From assembly GCA_012295275.1 (NCBI GenBank), contig CM022672.1:17732001-17796000 (forward strand): a DNA stretch of 64,000 nt, read 5' to 3'. Source of the DNA: Chrysomallon squamiferum (lineage: Eukaryota > Animalia > Mollusca). Of this stretch, positions 25,764 through 38,700 are shown piece by piece. Numbering within the stretch: the first letter of the stretch is position 1; each line of letters begins with the position of its first letter. Both the position numbers and the translations under genes were made by a program. Below the pieces are notes generated by a model. The model saw nothing but the letters and a program-made list of their open reading frames with translations. It was not told the DNA's origin and searched no databases.

Positions 25764-25969
25764 TGCATGTCGTGTGGCCCTGGCGGGAAGGGCCAGTGTG
25801 TGGGGCCTGATATCTGCTGTGGTGACTTCGGCTGTCTGATGGGAACACGGGAGACCGCGATCTGCCAGAAAGAAAACGAAAGTACGGAACCGTGCGCTGT
25901 GAGAGGGGAAGTTTGCGGCTCCCACACGCCAAGGCAACTGCGTGGCGGATCAGATATGTTGCGATGAAG
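25764..25969 (+). CDS. Conopressin/neurophysin precursor exon 2 (neurophysin core), with a +1 frameshift near 25921-25932 as assembled
   Basis: Acceptor TTTTATTTTCCACAG| is followed by CMSCGPGGKGQCVGPDICCGDFGCLMGTRETAICQKENESTEPCAVRGEVCGS. The expected GNCVADQICCDE continues in the +1 frame (25933-25968) up to the donor G|GTAAAA. Confidence 0.93.
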
Positions 25970-26240
25970 GTAAAACTAACTGTGTAAATGAGTGGTCCCT
26001 GTATTATTTATTCATTTTATTATTTTTAATAAATTTATTTATGAAGATAATTCATTATGGGTTTTTTTTTTTTTTTTTTTTACATTATTATTTTTGATAT
26101 ATATTAGTGGAAATGTTAAAAAAAAATGTATCCGTTTTTTGTTGTTTTTTTTAATTTTTTTATTTATTTTTTTTGTTTATTTAAATTGTTTTATTGTTGT
26201 TAATTTTTTTTTTTTTTTTTTTTTTTTTGTAATAATAATG

Positions 26241-26315
<75 letters not shown>

Positions 26316-26409
26316 TAGTATAAATGTTTTAGAAATTAACATACTCATCAAGTATGGGTTAAGAAAAATGTACAGTTAGTAAAGAAAAGTAAATAACCTT
26401 TGTTTGACA

Positions 26410-26458
26410 CACATTAGCCTATGTGCGCCGGTGTCGTTAAACATTCATTTATTCATTC
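26410..26458 (+). mobile_element. Possible SINE 3' tail fragment
   Basis: GGTGTCGTTAAACATTCATTTATTCATTC resembles the (CATT)n-tailed ends of gastropod SINEs. Recalled similarity only, not searched. Confidence 0.35.
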
Positions 26459-26903
26459 GAAAAGTAAATCAGCTGTTTTATCTCAGATGCATTATTACGT
26501 CAAGAAAACAGAGGACATGGATTGTTAGATAAAACAGTTTCTTTATTTTACGTGTAAATTAAATTAAACAATTAAACAGTTAACAACAACAACAACCAAA
26601 AACACAACAACAATAATAATATATACGTGTATATATATTTATGTTTGCATGTGTTCGTGCGTTAACATACCCCAGTATACACTGGCACACATATATTAAA
26701 TAGCCTTAGAAATTTAACTGATTCTAAAAACACAATTAAACAAACAAACAAACAAACAAATTTAAATAAATAAATAAATAAATAAAAGAATGACCATATA
26801 ATGACCACTGTTCATGATTTCAGACTATCAAATGAATTTAATTTTTGCATTACTTGATATAAAATAAAACATATGTAAGACAAAAATTCATTTCTTATTT
26901 CAG

Positions 26904-27013
26904 ATGCATGTTCATTTAATCAGAGATGCAACAGAAGAGAACTGCAGGAGAAAGTGGCCACCAAAAATGAGATTCTTCGAGAAATTCAGAAATTGCTTCT
27001 TTCAAAAAACTAA
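26904..27013 (+). CDS. Conopressin/neurophysin precursor exon 3 (neurophysin C-terminus and Leu-rich tail)
   Basis: Acceptor TTTCTTATTTCAG|, phase 1: (D)ACSFNQRCNRRELQEKVATKNEILREIQKLLLSKN*. Supplies neurophysin Cys13 and Cys14. AATAAA at 27093-27098. Confidence 0.88.
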
Positions 27014-28594
27014 AATTAGGATTTCCGGTGTCATGGAAGAGATATTTTATGAAATGATGTGGAAGACACAAATATTTTTTAAGCTATATAATAATAAAAC
27101 ATATTTAAAAAGAATATTTAACATACAAAAATGGTTCGAAGGGCTTAACGGTATATATATATATATTAATATTTCAAAAGGTGCAGGTAAAACGTAATAT
27201 ATTAAAAAGGGTGAAGCGTTTAATTGTTTTGATTGTAGAAGGCCATAGCGTTACAAAATAATTTATGAGATAAAGGTCTGCCACATAAGTGATGTGTAAT
27301 GTAATCTAGTAGGAATCTTTGTAAAACCTCTTCTTTTTCTTATTATTTTGAAATATCTTCAGCATCGGTTTAACGAAAAAAGAGATAATTATACTTTATT
27401 TAATCTTTATTTGGCCCTGCTTGTATTCGTATCTTTTAAAGAACATTGCTATTGATTGGAACTAGGACAGTCAGTACTAGGACGAGTTTAGATATGCAAT
27501 ATATATATATATGAAATTTAGCTATATTATTTTAAATAGAACTTTTTTCTGTCAACAAAGTTGGTGCTTTTGGCAAAGAAGTGTAACTAGCCAATGTTAA
27601 GATTTGCTAATGTCCTTTTATAATCACATTTCAGTACCAACAGTATCTCCAGTATATCCGTTTCTGTATAAGCGTTTTGTTAGGCGAAATCAACAATAAT
27701 CTGAATAATTGAATATTTGAATATTTACTAAACAACTAGGAGATAAATATGGAAACTTCAATCATTTCCTACTAATACAGCATTACATTAGTAAGGTATA
27801 AACACTATGTTAGTTTCGTATATGTGTTGAATATATAGATTTGTAATTGTTCTTACGTAATTGTTCGTTGTTAACTTCAGAAATAGACACCGTTGCTGGG
27901 GTTATTTGATATAATTTACCTTTTAAGGTCATGTGAAAAAAATATATATATATAAGGCTGTTCATGAATTACCGGGCAGATCTGTTTGTATCTAAATTAT
28001 TTATATCCATCAGAAGGCAATGTTCAAAAGATTTATTTTTGTTTTTGTTTGTATTTTACCTTTCTTCTTCTTCTTCTTCTTCTTCTTCTTCGTTTCTTTT
28101 CTTTTCCGTTTTTCGTTTTGTGATTAAATGAAATGAGAAGAAGCATAAGAAACAAATAATGAGGTCTGACACGATATCAAAATAAAATGTATATCTTACT
28201 GATTACTGTTTGTTTTTAATGTGACTGATTTTCAGTGAGGTGAATAAAATCTAAAATACTATTAAGAATCGGTAGTAAAAGTACACGAAAAGAGGACACT
28301 AAGATCTCAGTATTTCGTGGTAACAAAAATAATGTATTTGCTACTAATTAAGTCCAGTAGCATTTGAAAAAAAAACAAATTCAGTAGAGTGTATCAGTAT
28401 TATGGATGGACTTAAATAATTTATTATTTTTCATAACATGAAACAATGAATAGCTAACAATACTTTCTGAATACAATTTGTCATATAACATTAAAAAATA
28501 TTATATTGTTAAATGATATTTATATAGTTTACTTATAACTTTATTCCAAGAAATCGAAATAAAAATCGATATCACTCACGTTTTACCGCCATTA

Positions 28595-28770
28595 CAACTA
28601 GCATCAGTACTACGACTACTACTATTACAACTTCTATCAGTACTACGACTACTACTATTACAACTCCTATTACCACCACCACCATCACCACCACCACCAC
28701 CACCACCAATACCATCTCTACTCCTCATCCTGCTGCTGCTACTACATATACTACAGTATCTGCTGCTGTT
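28595..28770. repeat. Low-complexity (ACT)n/(ACC)n/(GCT)n trinucleotide block
   Basis: Directly visible; explains the Ser/Gly-rich ORF at 28576-28803. Confidence 0.85.
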
Positions 28771-28953
28771 GTTTATTGTTTCCCCAGCCAGCCATTTTAG
28801 CAATGAGATTACAATTTATACCTAAAACAAACGAAAGATCATCTAAATAAATTAATTAATTAATTAAAATAAAACATTAATAATTTTTTTTTAAATAATA
28901 ACAAACAAACAAACAAACAAACAAATAAATAAATAATGATGATGATGATGATG

Positions 28954-28994
<41 letters not shown>

Positions 28995-29898
28995 TATTAT
29001 TATTATTGTTATTATAATTATTATTATTATTATTACAGTTTTTATAAAGCACTCAAACTAACACAATTTTAATATTTGAAATAGCTTTTCTGAACGACAA
29101 TCAACGTCTTTGATGATGACTGAACACAGTAAGATAATTCGGTTATTATTATTATTTTATAAAAAGAAATTTTGTGTCAAAATAATTACTCTAATCAATT
29201 ATTCTTTGAATCTGACTAATTGTTTTAATTACAGCCGCAACGCTCCCCGGCCATGAACATGAGCATTTCGTATGTTTCTATAATTACAAATGAGATTAAT
29301 TAATCATCTTATTTCTCTGCTAATCTTTTACGAGTTTCCATCTATTCATGTATTTATATATTTCGGTAGTCTTTCAGTGCATTGGAAAATAATGGGTACT
29401 ACACATGGGTAATGATTAACTCTGTACAACAGCAAAAACAACAACAACAACAAATTAATGATAACGATAATAATAGAATAACAGCAATACAACATCCACC
29501 ACAAAAAAAAAAAAAAAAAAAAAATGATAATGATGAGTCGATATTTCACATGACTTTTTTAATGGACTCATAAATGAATAAATGAATGAATGTTGATATC
29601 GCAATATATTTTCGCATTATAACTTATTTGATGTTTTGTTTAACTTTTTTCATTTTTATTATATATTTTCACAGATTAGGAATTCTCTTAATTACCTACT
29701 TGGAATCTTAATTCTGCTTCTATAGACTATCACGATCTGTTCTAAAGTAGTCGTGGTGTGCTTTGTTGAACGGGAAACAGCCTGACTTCCTGATAAAACC
29801 TAATCCTTTGTAATCTGTTATTCCTTCGCACCATCTTTTAACCACTGAGCTGAAGACTTTCAGTGTCTATCTAATAATATTAGTACTGTTAGTAATTC

Positions 29899-29937
<39 letters not shown>

Positions 29938-30466
29938 AGTAATAGTAATCGTAGTAGTAGTAGTAGTAAAAATAGTAACAATGAATAATAATAAGAAGAA
30001 GAAAAAAGCTGTTTTTGACAGCTATAATTATCAAATAAAATTATTCAAGTCAGATAGATGGCAAATCAAACTGTGTATGATTTACATTTTTACTTAAGAT
30101 ATGTTTGTTTACATTCCTCTTTCATCAACGTTTAATGCATTTGCAATGTTCCATATGCAAATTTGGCAAGAAGTCCGGAAATCGAGGATCTACATGGCTG
30201 AAAGTTGTAATAGTAGAAGAAGAAGAAGAAACATATGTAAAGCTTTTGCATTCGTTCTGATTAAAGAAACAAGAAAAGGTAATACCACATGATGGTTTGA
30301 AGAGTGCTGTATACTTAAGTGTACCGTTATGCTTTATCCAAGATTGTAAAACTTTCTTGCATTATAAGTGGCAATAAATAAATAAATAAATAAATAAATA
30401 AACAGATGGATTGGTACATAGATAGACTGAGACAAATACAGATGGATACTAAAAGAAAGAGAGAGA

Positions 30467-30598
<132 letters not shown>

Positions 30599-30683
30599 CA
30601 TGTACGTACACCCTCATTCTCTAATAAAACACAATGATAGAGATATACGTGAACAAACCATATACATACTGTTCGATTTGGCT

Positions 30684-30767
<84 letters not shown>

Positions 30768-31639
30768 AATTTTTATTTTTAAATTTTGTTTACCTTTATC
30801 TTTTTAGTGTACGAGGGGTCATTAAATTTTCAAATTGAATTAAGCCTAACGATATTCGTACTGAATTAAGACGTGAAACACTTTTTCCAGCTTATAACGA
30901 AACAATCTCATGATCTGATACGCGGTTTCCGGGATATAACATTCTAAATTTTGGACATTCAAACGAACCTTTTCTCAGCAACCAATTGGTCAATCTCGCT
31001 GAAAAGCGTATATCTAGAAACGTGATTAAAAAAGTATTCCAAAAAAATTTTACATTATATTTTAACTAGGAAGAAAGTGAAACGTATAATCTTTTGACCT
31101 TTACTTTGACCTTGTGGATTATGTGACCTTTATTTTGATCTTCTTGATCACGTAACGGTGAAATAACCTACACAATATTTTCTACACAATAGAAATAAAA
31201 AATTAGAGTTATATTATTTCTCGTTAATCTGTAAAATGAAGTCAAATACCCAATAAACAAACATCGAAATAAACCAATACACGTAAATAAATAGATAAAT
31301 ATAATAATAATAAAGTAGAATTCCGGTATCCAACATAAACCAGAAAGACAAAGTCACACAAGGATAAAGGAAAAAAAAAAAAAACAGTCGAAAAAAACCA
31401 CCTGAATCAGTGAATATGTGTAATGAAAGAAACACAAACTGACTATTAGTCGAATGAATGACTGAAATTATACATAGGCCTATATATATATTTTTTTAAA
31501 TTCAGTATTTGAACACAGACCAAGGGTAATTTACAAAATATATTTTAACCCTCCGTGCTCAAATGTCCGGACATCCCCCCAAAAACACTATTTAATACTA
31601 TTTTATTTGCAAAATTAAGACAAGAATAAAAAAAACATA

Positions 31640-32342
31640 AAGATAGCCATTAGTGATGACTTCAGGCTCAGTTATACCATTATCTGATGTTCTGATTACA
31701 TGAACAAAACGGACACTTATTGTCATATGCTTAGTAATCCAGAATTATGGAATAGTATTTAGCAGAGTTTACATCAGACAAAAATTTGCTCTTTTTTTTT
31801 ATAGCACTGGCTAGAAGCTATATAAGTTCAATTTCGATATCTTTTCCAAGATAGTGAACCAGTGTTTCGTGAATCTTAACTCTATGCAAATGTTCATTCA
31901 TGATAGGATCAAAAAGGGCTAGATATTCAACAATCTTCAAAAAAAATCCGTTACCAGGGCAATAACTTTTTATTTCCACCACGGAATGCCAAATTTTGCA
32001 TGTCAAGAACTCGTACCAAAACAGTTAAGTGTTGCAAACTTTTGATGCCAGTAATGTTCCTTTTGCCCAATTTTCTGTTGGTCCCTTAAAGGCAGACACG
32101 GCAGCCAAAATCACTGGTTTGGCCCTTTGTTATCACTCTCTAATTTTTCCTTGTTCCGACCCGACTGAATCAATCCAGTTGTTTGTCCCTGTATGAAATA
32201 AACCAGGATGAAAAACGACCGTCAATAAAACTGAAATTTATTTATCTGTTTATCAAAACTGTTGTTGATTTGGAGAAATGCACCCCTGAAATCAGTGCCC
32301 TAGGCGGCTGCCTAGTTTGCCTGTATGGTAGAGACGGCCCTG
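31640..32342 (-). mobile_element. Degenerate hAT-family transposon: terminal repeat plus fragmented DUF4371/ZMYM1-like transposase
   Basis: Minus-strand pieces in several frames read LVRVLDMQNLAFRG, YCPGNGFFLKIVEYLALFDPIMNEHLHRVKIHETLVHYLGKDIEIELI, NSAKYYSIILD and MTISVRFV, with stops and frameshifts. The 5' end CAGGGCCGTCTCTACCATACAGGCAAACTAGGCAGCCGCCTAGGGC is a hAT-type terminus. Confidence 0.82.
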
Positions 32343-33124
32343 CACACAAATTATTATTGTTTTTTTTATATATATATATATTTTTTTTTTACAGGTGTAT
32401 ATTGGTGACAACTTTCATATATAAACAATCGTGATTTTTACAGAAATCGATTCATTAAGTTAAATGATAATCATATTTTAGATTATATATAATTACATCG
32501 AATATATGATTATGCCGACTGTAGAAAACGATCAATGAAAATTATTTTTGTAATTTAATTATTTAAACACGTTTTTCATTTATATTTATATTTTCATTTA
32601 ATATTTATGATTATTATCCATTTATTAATTCCTTCCAGTAACAACTGAAATCTCAAGATAACTCATTAACAATATATAAGAAAATTTAATTGAATCTGCA
32701 ATACAGCAAGCATTCATGGGACATAATGTGAAAACTCAGTCTTATATTAATATTTGCTTTCATTACTTTTTTTTTTTTTTTTTTTTTTTTACAATCCCGT
32801 CTGTGTGGCATGTTTATTTATTGTTGCGAACATCGGTGTCTCATTTATATATTTATTTAACATATTATTTTTATTATTTGTTTTAAATCAAATTAAAAAA
32901 AAACATCTTGTGCCGCAAATATTTGTGTAAAATTAGAATAAGTAAATAATAAAAATTTAAAAATGAGTAAGTCTAGAAAATGTGCATTATATTCGTGGAT
33001 TTAATATCTAAAAAATCAGAAATGGTGTATTTAATATTTTGAATTTATTTTCCTAAGTTTATTTCAGTTTTACTGATGAATAAAAGACTGAATATTATAT
33101 CATTATTAAACTTTTTGTAATTCT

Positions 33125-33200
33125 TCATCTTGGCGGCAAGTCCCATAATTCCACTTCCGTACATGCGCCGTTTCCGTTTCGCGTGTGTAAAGTCGCCATA
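33125..33200 (+). promoter_or_regulatory. CpG-rich promoter/5'UTR of the TIA1/TIAR-like gene
   Basis: Local GC/CpG island in very AT-rich DNA, with an Ets-like CACTTCCG and TCCCATAATTCC, directly upstream of the ATG at 33201. Confidence 0.55.
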
Positions 33201-33212
33201 ATGTCGAGGGCT
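33201..33212 (+). CDS. TIA1/TIAR-like gene, first coding micro-exon (MSRA)
   Basis: ATGTCGAGGGCT|GTAAGT is a strong phase-0 donor. A 76-nt intron leads to the acceptor TTTTCTCTCTTTTTCAG. Confidence 0.6.
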
Positions 33213-33288
33213 GTAAGTATATTTCTTTAAAACTTTTGGATCTGATAAACAATAAAACCGTGTATTTATCATTTTCTCTCTTTTTCAG

Positions 33289-33320
33289 ATGCTAAGTGAA
33301 GAGTCACATCCCCGCACATT
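33289..33320 (+). CDS. TIA1: TIA1/TIAR-like gene exon (MLSEESHPRTL)
   Basis: Matches the TIA1/TIAR N-terminus (E..PRTL). The phase-2 donor TT|GTAAGT joins the next exon to give PRTLYVGNL. Confidence 0.85.
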
Positions 33321-33473
33321 GTAAGTATTATCTTTACTTTCTATGATATTGACCATTTTATGGCTCTTGATTGAGTTTCCGTTTCAGCTCTGTGGGATAA
33401 AATGACTTCAGGATACTTTTGTCAACTTTTTGCGATGTTTCATTTTATATATGTGTGCTTATTCTTTTGGTAG

Positions 33474-33570
33474 ATATGTGGGGAATTTGGATCCCTCCGT
33501 TTCAGAGACGCTGATTCTAGCATTGTTTGGTCAGATGGGTCCCTGCAAAAGTTGTAAAATAATAAGTGAG
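33474..33570 (+). CDS. TIA1: TIA1/TIAR-like gene exon, RRM1 N-half (YVGNLDPSVSETLILALFGQMGPCKSCKIISE)
   Basis: RNP2 motif YVGNL and GPCKSCK are typical of TIA1/TIAL1. 97-nt exon bounded by TAG| and |GTAAGT. Confidence 0.93.
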
Positions 33571-35296
33571 GTAAGTAAAGAGGAAAATATTAAAAGGAAG
33601 TGGAGAAACGGATTTAAGCATACGTTTGCGCGCAGTTTAAATTATGCAACGAGGTGGGTTTTTTTAATGACATCTCATGAAAATGTTATCTGTAATGTTA
33701 CTGTTATGGCATGTGAATATGGTATTGATAACAGCTTGAAAAAAATCAGTTACAAAATGAAAGTGTAAGGGTTTGTTTAGTTACAATTAGTATGGCGTGG
33801 CCATCCAGTTTTAATATAAATTATAGTTACATTTACTTTTCAGGTTTATGTGTCAGTATGTTGTTAAAATAAGTTGTGTATAAACACAATTACGTTTACT
33901 GTTGGGGTGACTCATATGCAGTGTATGGCTTGTTTTGAGTTGTTAGTTTTATTGAGTAGTATTAAACCCACTAACATCCTATTTTTAAAGTGGTATGTTA
34001 TATATAAGTTAATGCAAGAAGTCAGTATTGTGTATTATTTTTAAATTTAAAAAAAGCTGATCCCCATTAATTTCAAAAATGTAACAACATTTGATATAAA
34101 ATTAACCAACTAAACACTTAATAGGGAATGAATATCACTGTTATTTACATGTGTTTACATATATGATAAGTATTATTTTAAATGCTAACTATATTATGTA
34201 TCTGATTGAATGAATATTTGGTTGATAAACATTCCATAAATTTCATCTGAAATATTTTTGCTTGCGCAAGAACTGGTGGAATCTGCTTTGGGGAATAATA
34301 TGTACTGTATATTTTCAAGTTGTTAGTAATGGTCATTGTTTGGAAATTTGTAGACTGTTCTTTAGATATAGAGGCTGAACAAATTGTGCACTGATAATAA
34401 TGAATGCAAATATAAACTGAGGTGATAGAAAATGCAATCATTTTTAATATCAGTGTGTATAAAACTTATTTTTGAAACCTTGCAGATAATGTTCAGCTAT
34501 AAAAACTATTGTTAATCTGAATAGTCAATGTATAAATAATAAAAAAATAACAAATGTTTATAGATAATATTTTAAATTAATTTGTATTTGAAATCATTGT
34601 TGTAAAAACAAACATACATGAAAATAATGTAGTAAATTAAAGATAGTTAAATTTTATCTTAGAAAACATAGACAGTGTAATATATATCTCAAATGTTGTG
34701 TATAGAATCAAGGCATAAACTGTAACCAATGGATATTAACCAAAATTAAATCAGTTTTATAGAACCTAACTCCATTCTTTTTCTAATCGTACTGTGAATA
34801 TTTTTCATTGTGGAACATTTAAGGATGTATCTCTCTTATCCAGAGAGCATTACTTCTATCATATAGGCTACAACATTTTATGTTACAGGATTATCTATTC
34901 TTCATACAACTATGAATAATTTTCCATTCTGTTTAATGGATTTATGACAGGTAGTTCCTATCTTTGGGAAGTTACATATAAGATCCTATTGCTGCTAATG
35001 TGTAACAGTGACACATATATTTGTGGCACCACGTTACTTTTTTCTTAAATAAGTTATCTTTAAACTCTTCACTGAATGTGATCTTCATTTACAAATTTTC
35101 TTTTAGAAAACAATAGTTAGCAATTTGCTATGATGTTGTTGTTTTGTGGTTTGAGGTCAATTAAGCATAGATATAAAACTCTGTTACCCAAATATAAATT
35201 GTCAGTTAGAAACTTTGCTTAAAATTATCGGTAGCAAAAACTTGTAAAAAAACCTCCCACCATACTAAAGTAATTCATTGATTTGATCAAATAGTT

Positions 35297-35704
35297 GTAC
35301 TTATTTAATACATTTGAATTACTAGAGTGAAAGAGCAAACTTGGATTGTTCTAATATAATTGACGCAATAGTAATTTCCAGCATGTAAGCATGTGTATAT
35401 CAATTTCTTACTAGACTGCTTATGACTAATCTATGACTAGTGTTATTTATTTATATAATGTTCTTTTCTAAACCTGGTTACATTCATGTCTTTTTAAAGT
35501 GTACTTATTTAATACATTTGAATTACTAGAGTGAAAGAGCAAACTTGGATTGTTCTAATATAATTGACGCAATAGTAATTTCCAGCATGTAAGCATGTGT
35601 ATATCAATTTCTTACTAGACTGCTTATGACTAATCTATGACTAGTGTTATTTATTTATATAATGTTCTTTTCTAAACCTGGTTACATTCATGTCTTTTTA
35701 AAGT
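35297..35704. repeat. Apparently perfect 204-bp tandem duplication in a TIA1 intron
   Basis: 35297-35500 and 35501-35704 read identically by eye (GTACTTATTTAATAC...TTTTTAAAGT). Confidence 0.93.
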
Positions 35705-38700
35705 GAAATGGAAATAGAATTCATGTTTGGTGTTTTAGAATAACTTTGATGTTGTTTGTACTGCAGCAGAGAAATCTTATTCCTCATTTCAATTATCTTA
35801 AGATACAAGTGTTTTTTCTGTTCATGCATTAGATAGGCTTCTCTACTCTTTATCATGCTTTCTGTATTTTCCTCCTCTTTTTTTTTTCATTACATAAACT
35901 CAGTCTAGATTTGTTAACTATGGATACAAACTGTGCTATATTATAAGAATATTTTATATGGAATTTTAAAAATATTACTCTGTATAATTTAATTTTTAAA
36001 GTGTGTTTACGGTTGAATTGAAGATAATTCTGAATTTTATAAAAGCATTTGATGCACAAAAACAGTTATTTCCCTTGCATTAAGTACTGCTTTTCCCCAT
36101 ACCCATTTCATTTCCAGTTACAGTGTTTCCACATTTAATAACTAATGATTTATCTCTCAAGAAAAGGATTATTTCTCCTAAATAAAAAGAATATAAAATA
36201 ATATAAATAAAAGAATAATATAATTTGAAAAAAGTAAAAAAGGTTTTTAGATAATGTTTATTTTAGAGCAGATTAATTGTATGTATTCATTTCTGAATAT
36301 ATTTTTGTGTGTCAAAACAATGACACATAGATAATATTTTATGTTATATAATATATTCATAAATTATATTGAAAAATGCAAACAAGACAAAAATAAATAG
36401 CCAGTGAAAGATACCAGTACCTGAAATATTTTTTTTATTAATTTTATATCTTTAGAAAAAACCCATTAAGTCTAACATCTTTGATCAGGATTGATAGAAA
36501 AAGGAAAAAAAAACAACAATTTAAATCTTAATACATGATTAATATAAAATTAAAGAAAAAGAAATAAGAAAACAAACCAACATTTCATTCATTTTCTTTC
36601 ATTTCCCAAGATTGCTTTAGAAAGTAATACATTGCCCATAAACTATTTTACTATTTGTATGTGTTAAATTACACTTTATTTTAAATTAATTTTTAATACT
36701 GGATCTGTTCTTTTAATAACTTTTAAAAACAGATTTCAAAAGAACAACAAAATAAAGTTTTCCACAGTGGAAATTTAAAAAAAAAATGTCCTCGTGTGTA
36801 TTTAATAATAAGTGAGTGTGACTAGTCTTGGGATTTTGGGTGACAAGACTGTCTGAGCTATTGATATATTTTATAGCCTGTCTTCGTGGCATATCATTTT
36901 ACAAATTAATGCAGAAACCTGCATGCTGTGAAACTTTTTTTTAAATGTAATTTATTTCAGTGATACCCACCTTGCACTTTATGACATTTTTCTTGTCTTG
37001 ACAACTGGTAGCCTTGTTGCTAGCTATAAAGTTAAAGTTAATCAATATATATTTTTTTCTTACTTTTCTATTTTTTTCCTGTATGTATTTTGTAAACAGA
37101 AGCTTATAAAAAAATGTTTCTGTAGTTCTTAAATCCAATAGTCATCTTGCTTTTTAGTCAGTTTTTGTTATTTCAGCTGTTGGTTCTCGATTTATAAATG
37201 ACACTTTTTCTGCATGTTGTAATAAATATATTATTACTAAATAGAAGGTAGTTCCTTTTCCTTTTTTTTTTTTACCCCTTGTATTTCTGAGTAAAATTGG
37301 GACCATTATAACTGATTAGTTTAAGGTCTTTAAACTAGGCTATAAACTGTTCAAAAATTTTGGTTGGTACAGTAATAAATACCTGTATGTTTTGAGGGAA
37401 ACAGAATGTAGAGCAACAACATACCATTGCAGGCACAGGCACAGAAATAAGGTGAAAATTATTCAAATTTACCTTTTAGTAAAGTTGAGAACAGAACCAT
37501 CTTCTTGACAAAATCTTTCAGTCATCACTAGTTTCCTTTCCAAAAGAATTTCATTCCTCTGTGTTTCATTGTCTTGTCTAAAATTTCAACATTCATCCTA
37601 TATATTGGTTTTTGATATTCAACATTTTTAATGATGGATACTTCTATAATTGATTTGCAGTAGTAGTGAATATAAACTTAAATTTACTGAAGATTGCTTA
37701 CTTTCATAATGTCTTTAAAAAATGGGATTTTGTTCAGAGTGAATTACAAACATCATTCAGCTTATGATAATGGATTTAACAGTAATTATGATTGTAATTG
37801 AAAGCTTTTGGGGTGTGAAAAGTCAGACAAAATGCAGAAGTCTGCATTTTTCAAAATACATTCATGTAACTGAAATGAAATGCTTCAAATATTGCCAATA
37901 CAAAAATATTATTTTCTATATTTTATATTCAGTTTCTGTAAAACACTCTTACCATAAAAATTACTTGAGAATTATAACAACATTATATCTCTGAATGTTT
38001 TTAATATTTTTGATCAGATTTATTTAGTGTCTTATTTGGCTAAATTAGTGGAAAAATTTCCATAGGTTCTGCGGAATATTTTTGCAGTTTGGTCTCTGGA
38101 TGTGATTGAGACTGGATAAGTTGATGACAGATTTTCCTTGTCTGTCACAGCACTGTGTTGAAGAACAATCACAGTGTACCTGCCTAACAAAAGGTACAAA
38201 TTTTGAAAAAAAAAAAAAAAAAAAAATTCAGATGTGAGTCACTCCCATGGACATATATCAACAAGGTTATTTTTTTTAGCAGAGTTCTGTAAACACAGTA
38301 GTTGTTCAGAACTATTTAATAGACCAGCAGGTGGCTCACAATTCCAGTGGAGTGCGATAAACACGTTGGTATTCAACTACCTGTTCTGAATCAGTTTATA
38401 TGTCAACTGTAGTTCTTGCTGATACGATGGACGGAAAAATTAGTTGGATTTGCCCCTGGGAATTGTTAATTGTATGTATTGTTAAATATTTGTTAGTTTG
38501 AGCAGTTTGTTTTGAGAATATTTAAATTACAGATAACTGCAGTTTTGTTGTCATTATAATAATGGTTACAGCTACTAGCATGTTTTCTTTAATGTACACT
38601 GAAAGTATGAGTAATAACAAGTCGGTTAATACTAGAACAGCCCAAAGTGTAATTTAATATGTAAGTGGCTGTCAGCACCGGCATGGTGAATCAAGTACAA

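Noticed and set aside
26904-27197. 97-aa ORF MHVHLIRD...
   Set aside because: Wrong frame of neurophysin exon 3. It is also not reached in the frameshifted transcript, because a stop occurs at 25965.
30808-31190. Mariner-like TACGAGGGG start and TGACCTT-repeat cluster (Helitron-related MITE-like)
   Set aside because: No matching second terminus or coding remnant was found. Too short to call.
33045-33272. Minus-strand ORF overlapping the TIA1 promoter as a divergent gene
   Set aside because: No recognisable similarity, and no downstream minus-strand exons were seen.
38151-38193. Possible 43-nt frameshifting cassette exon in TIA1 (CACAG|...AAG|GTACAA)
   Set aside because: The donor is weak and such AG/GT pairs are frequent by chance. 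Not supportable without RNA data.
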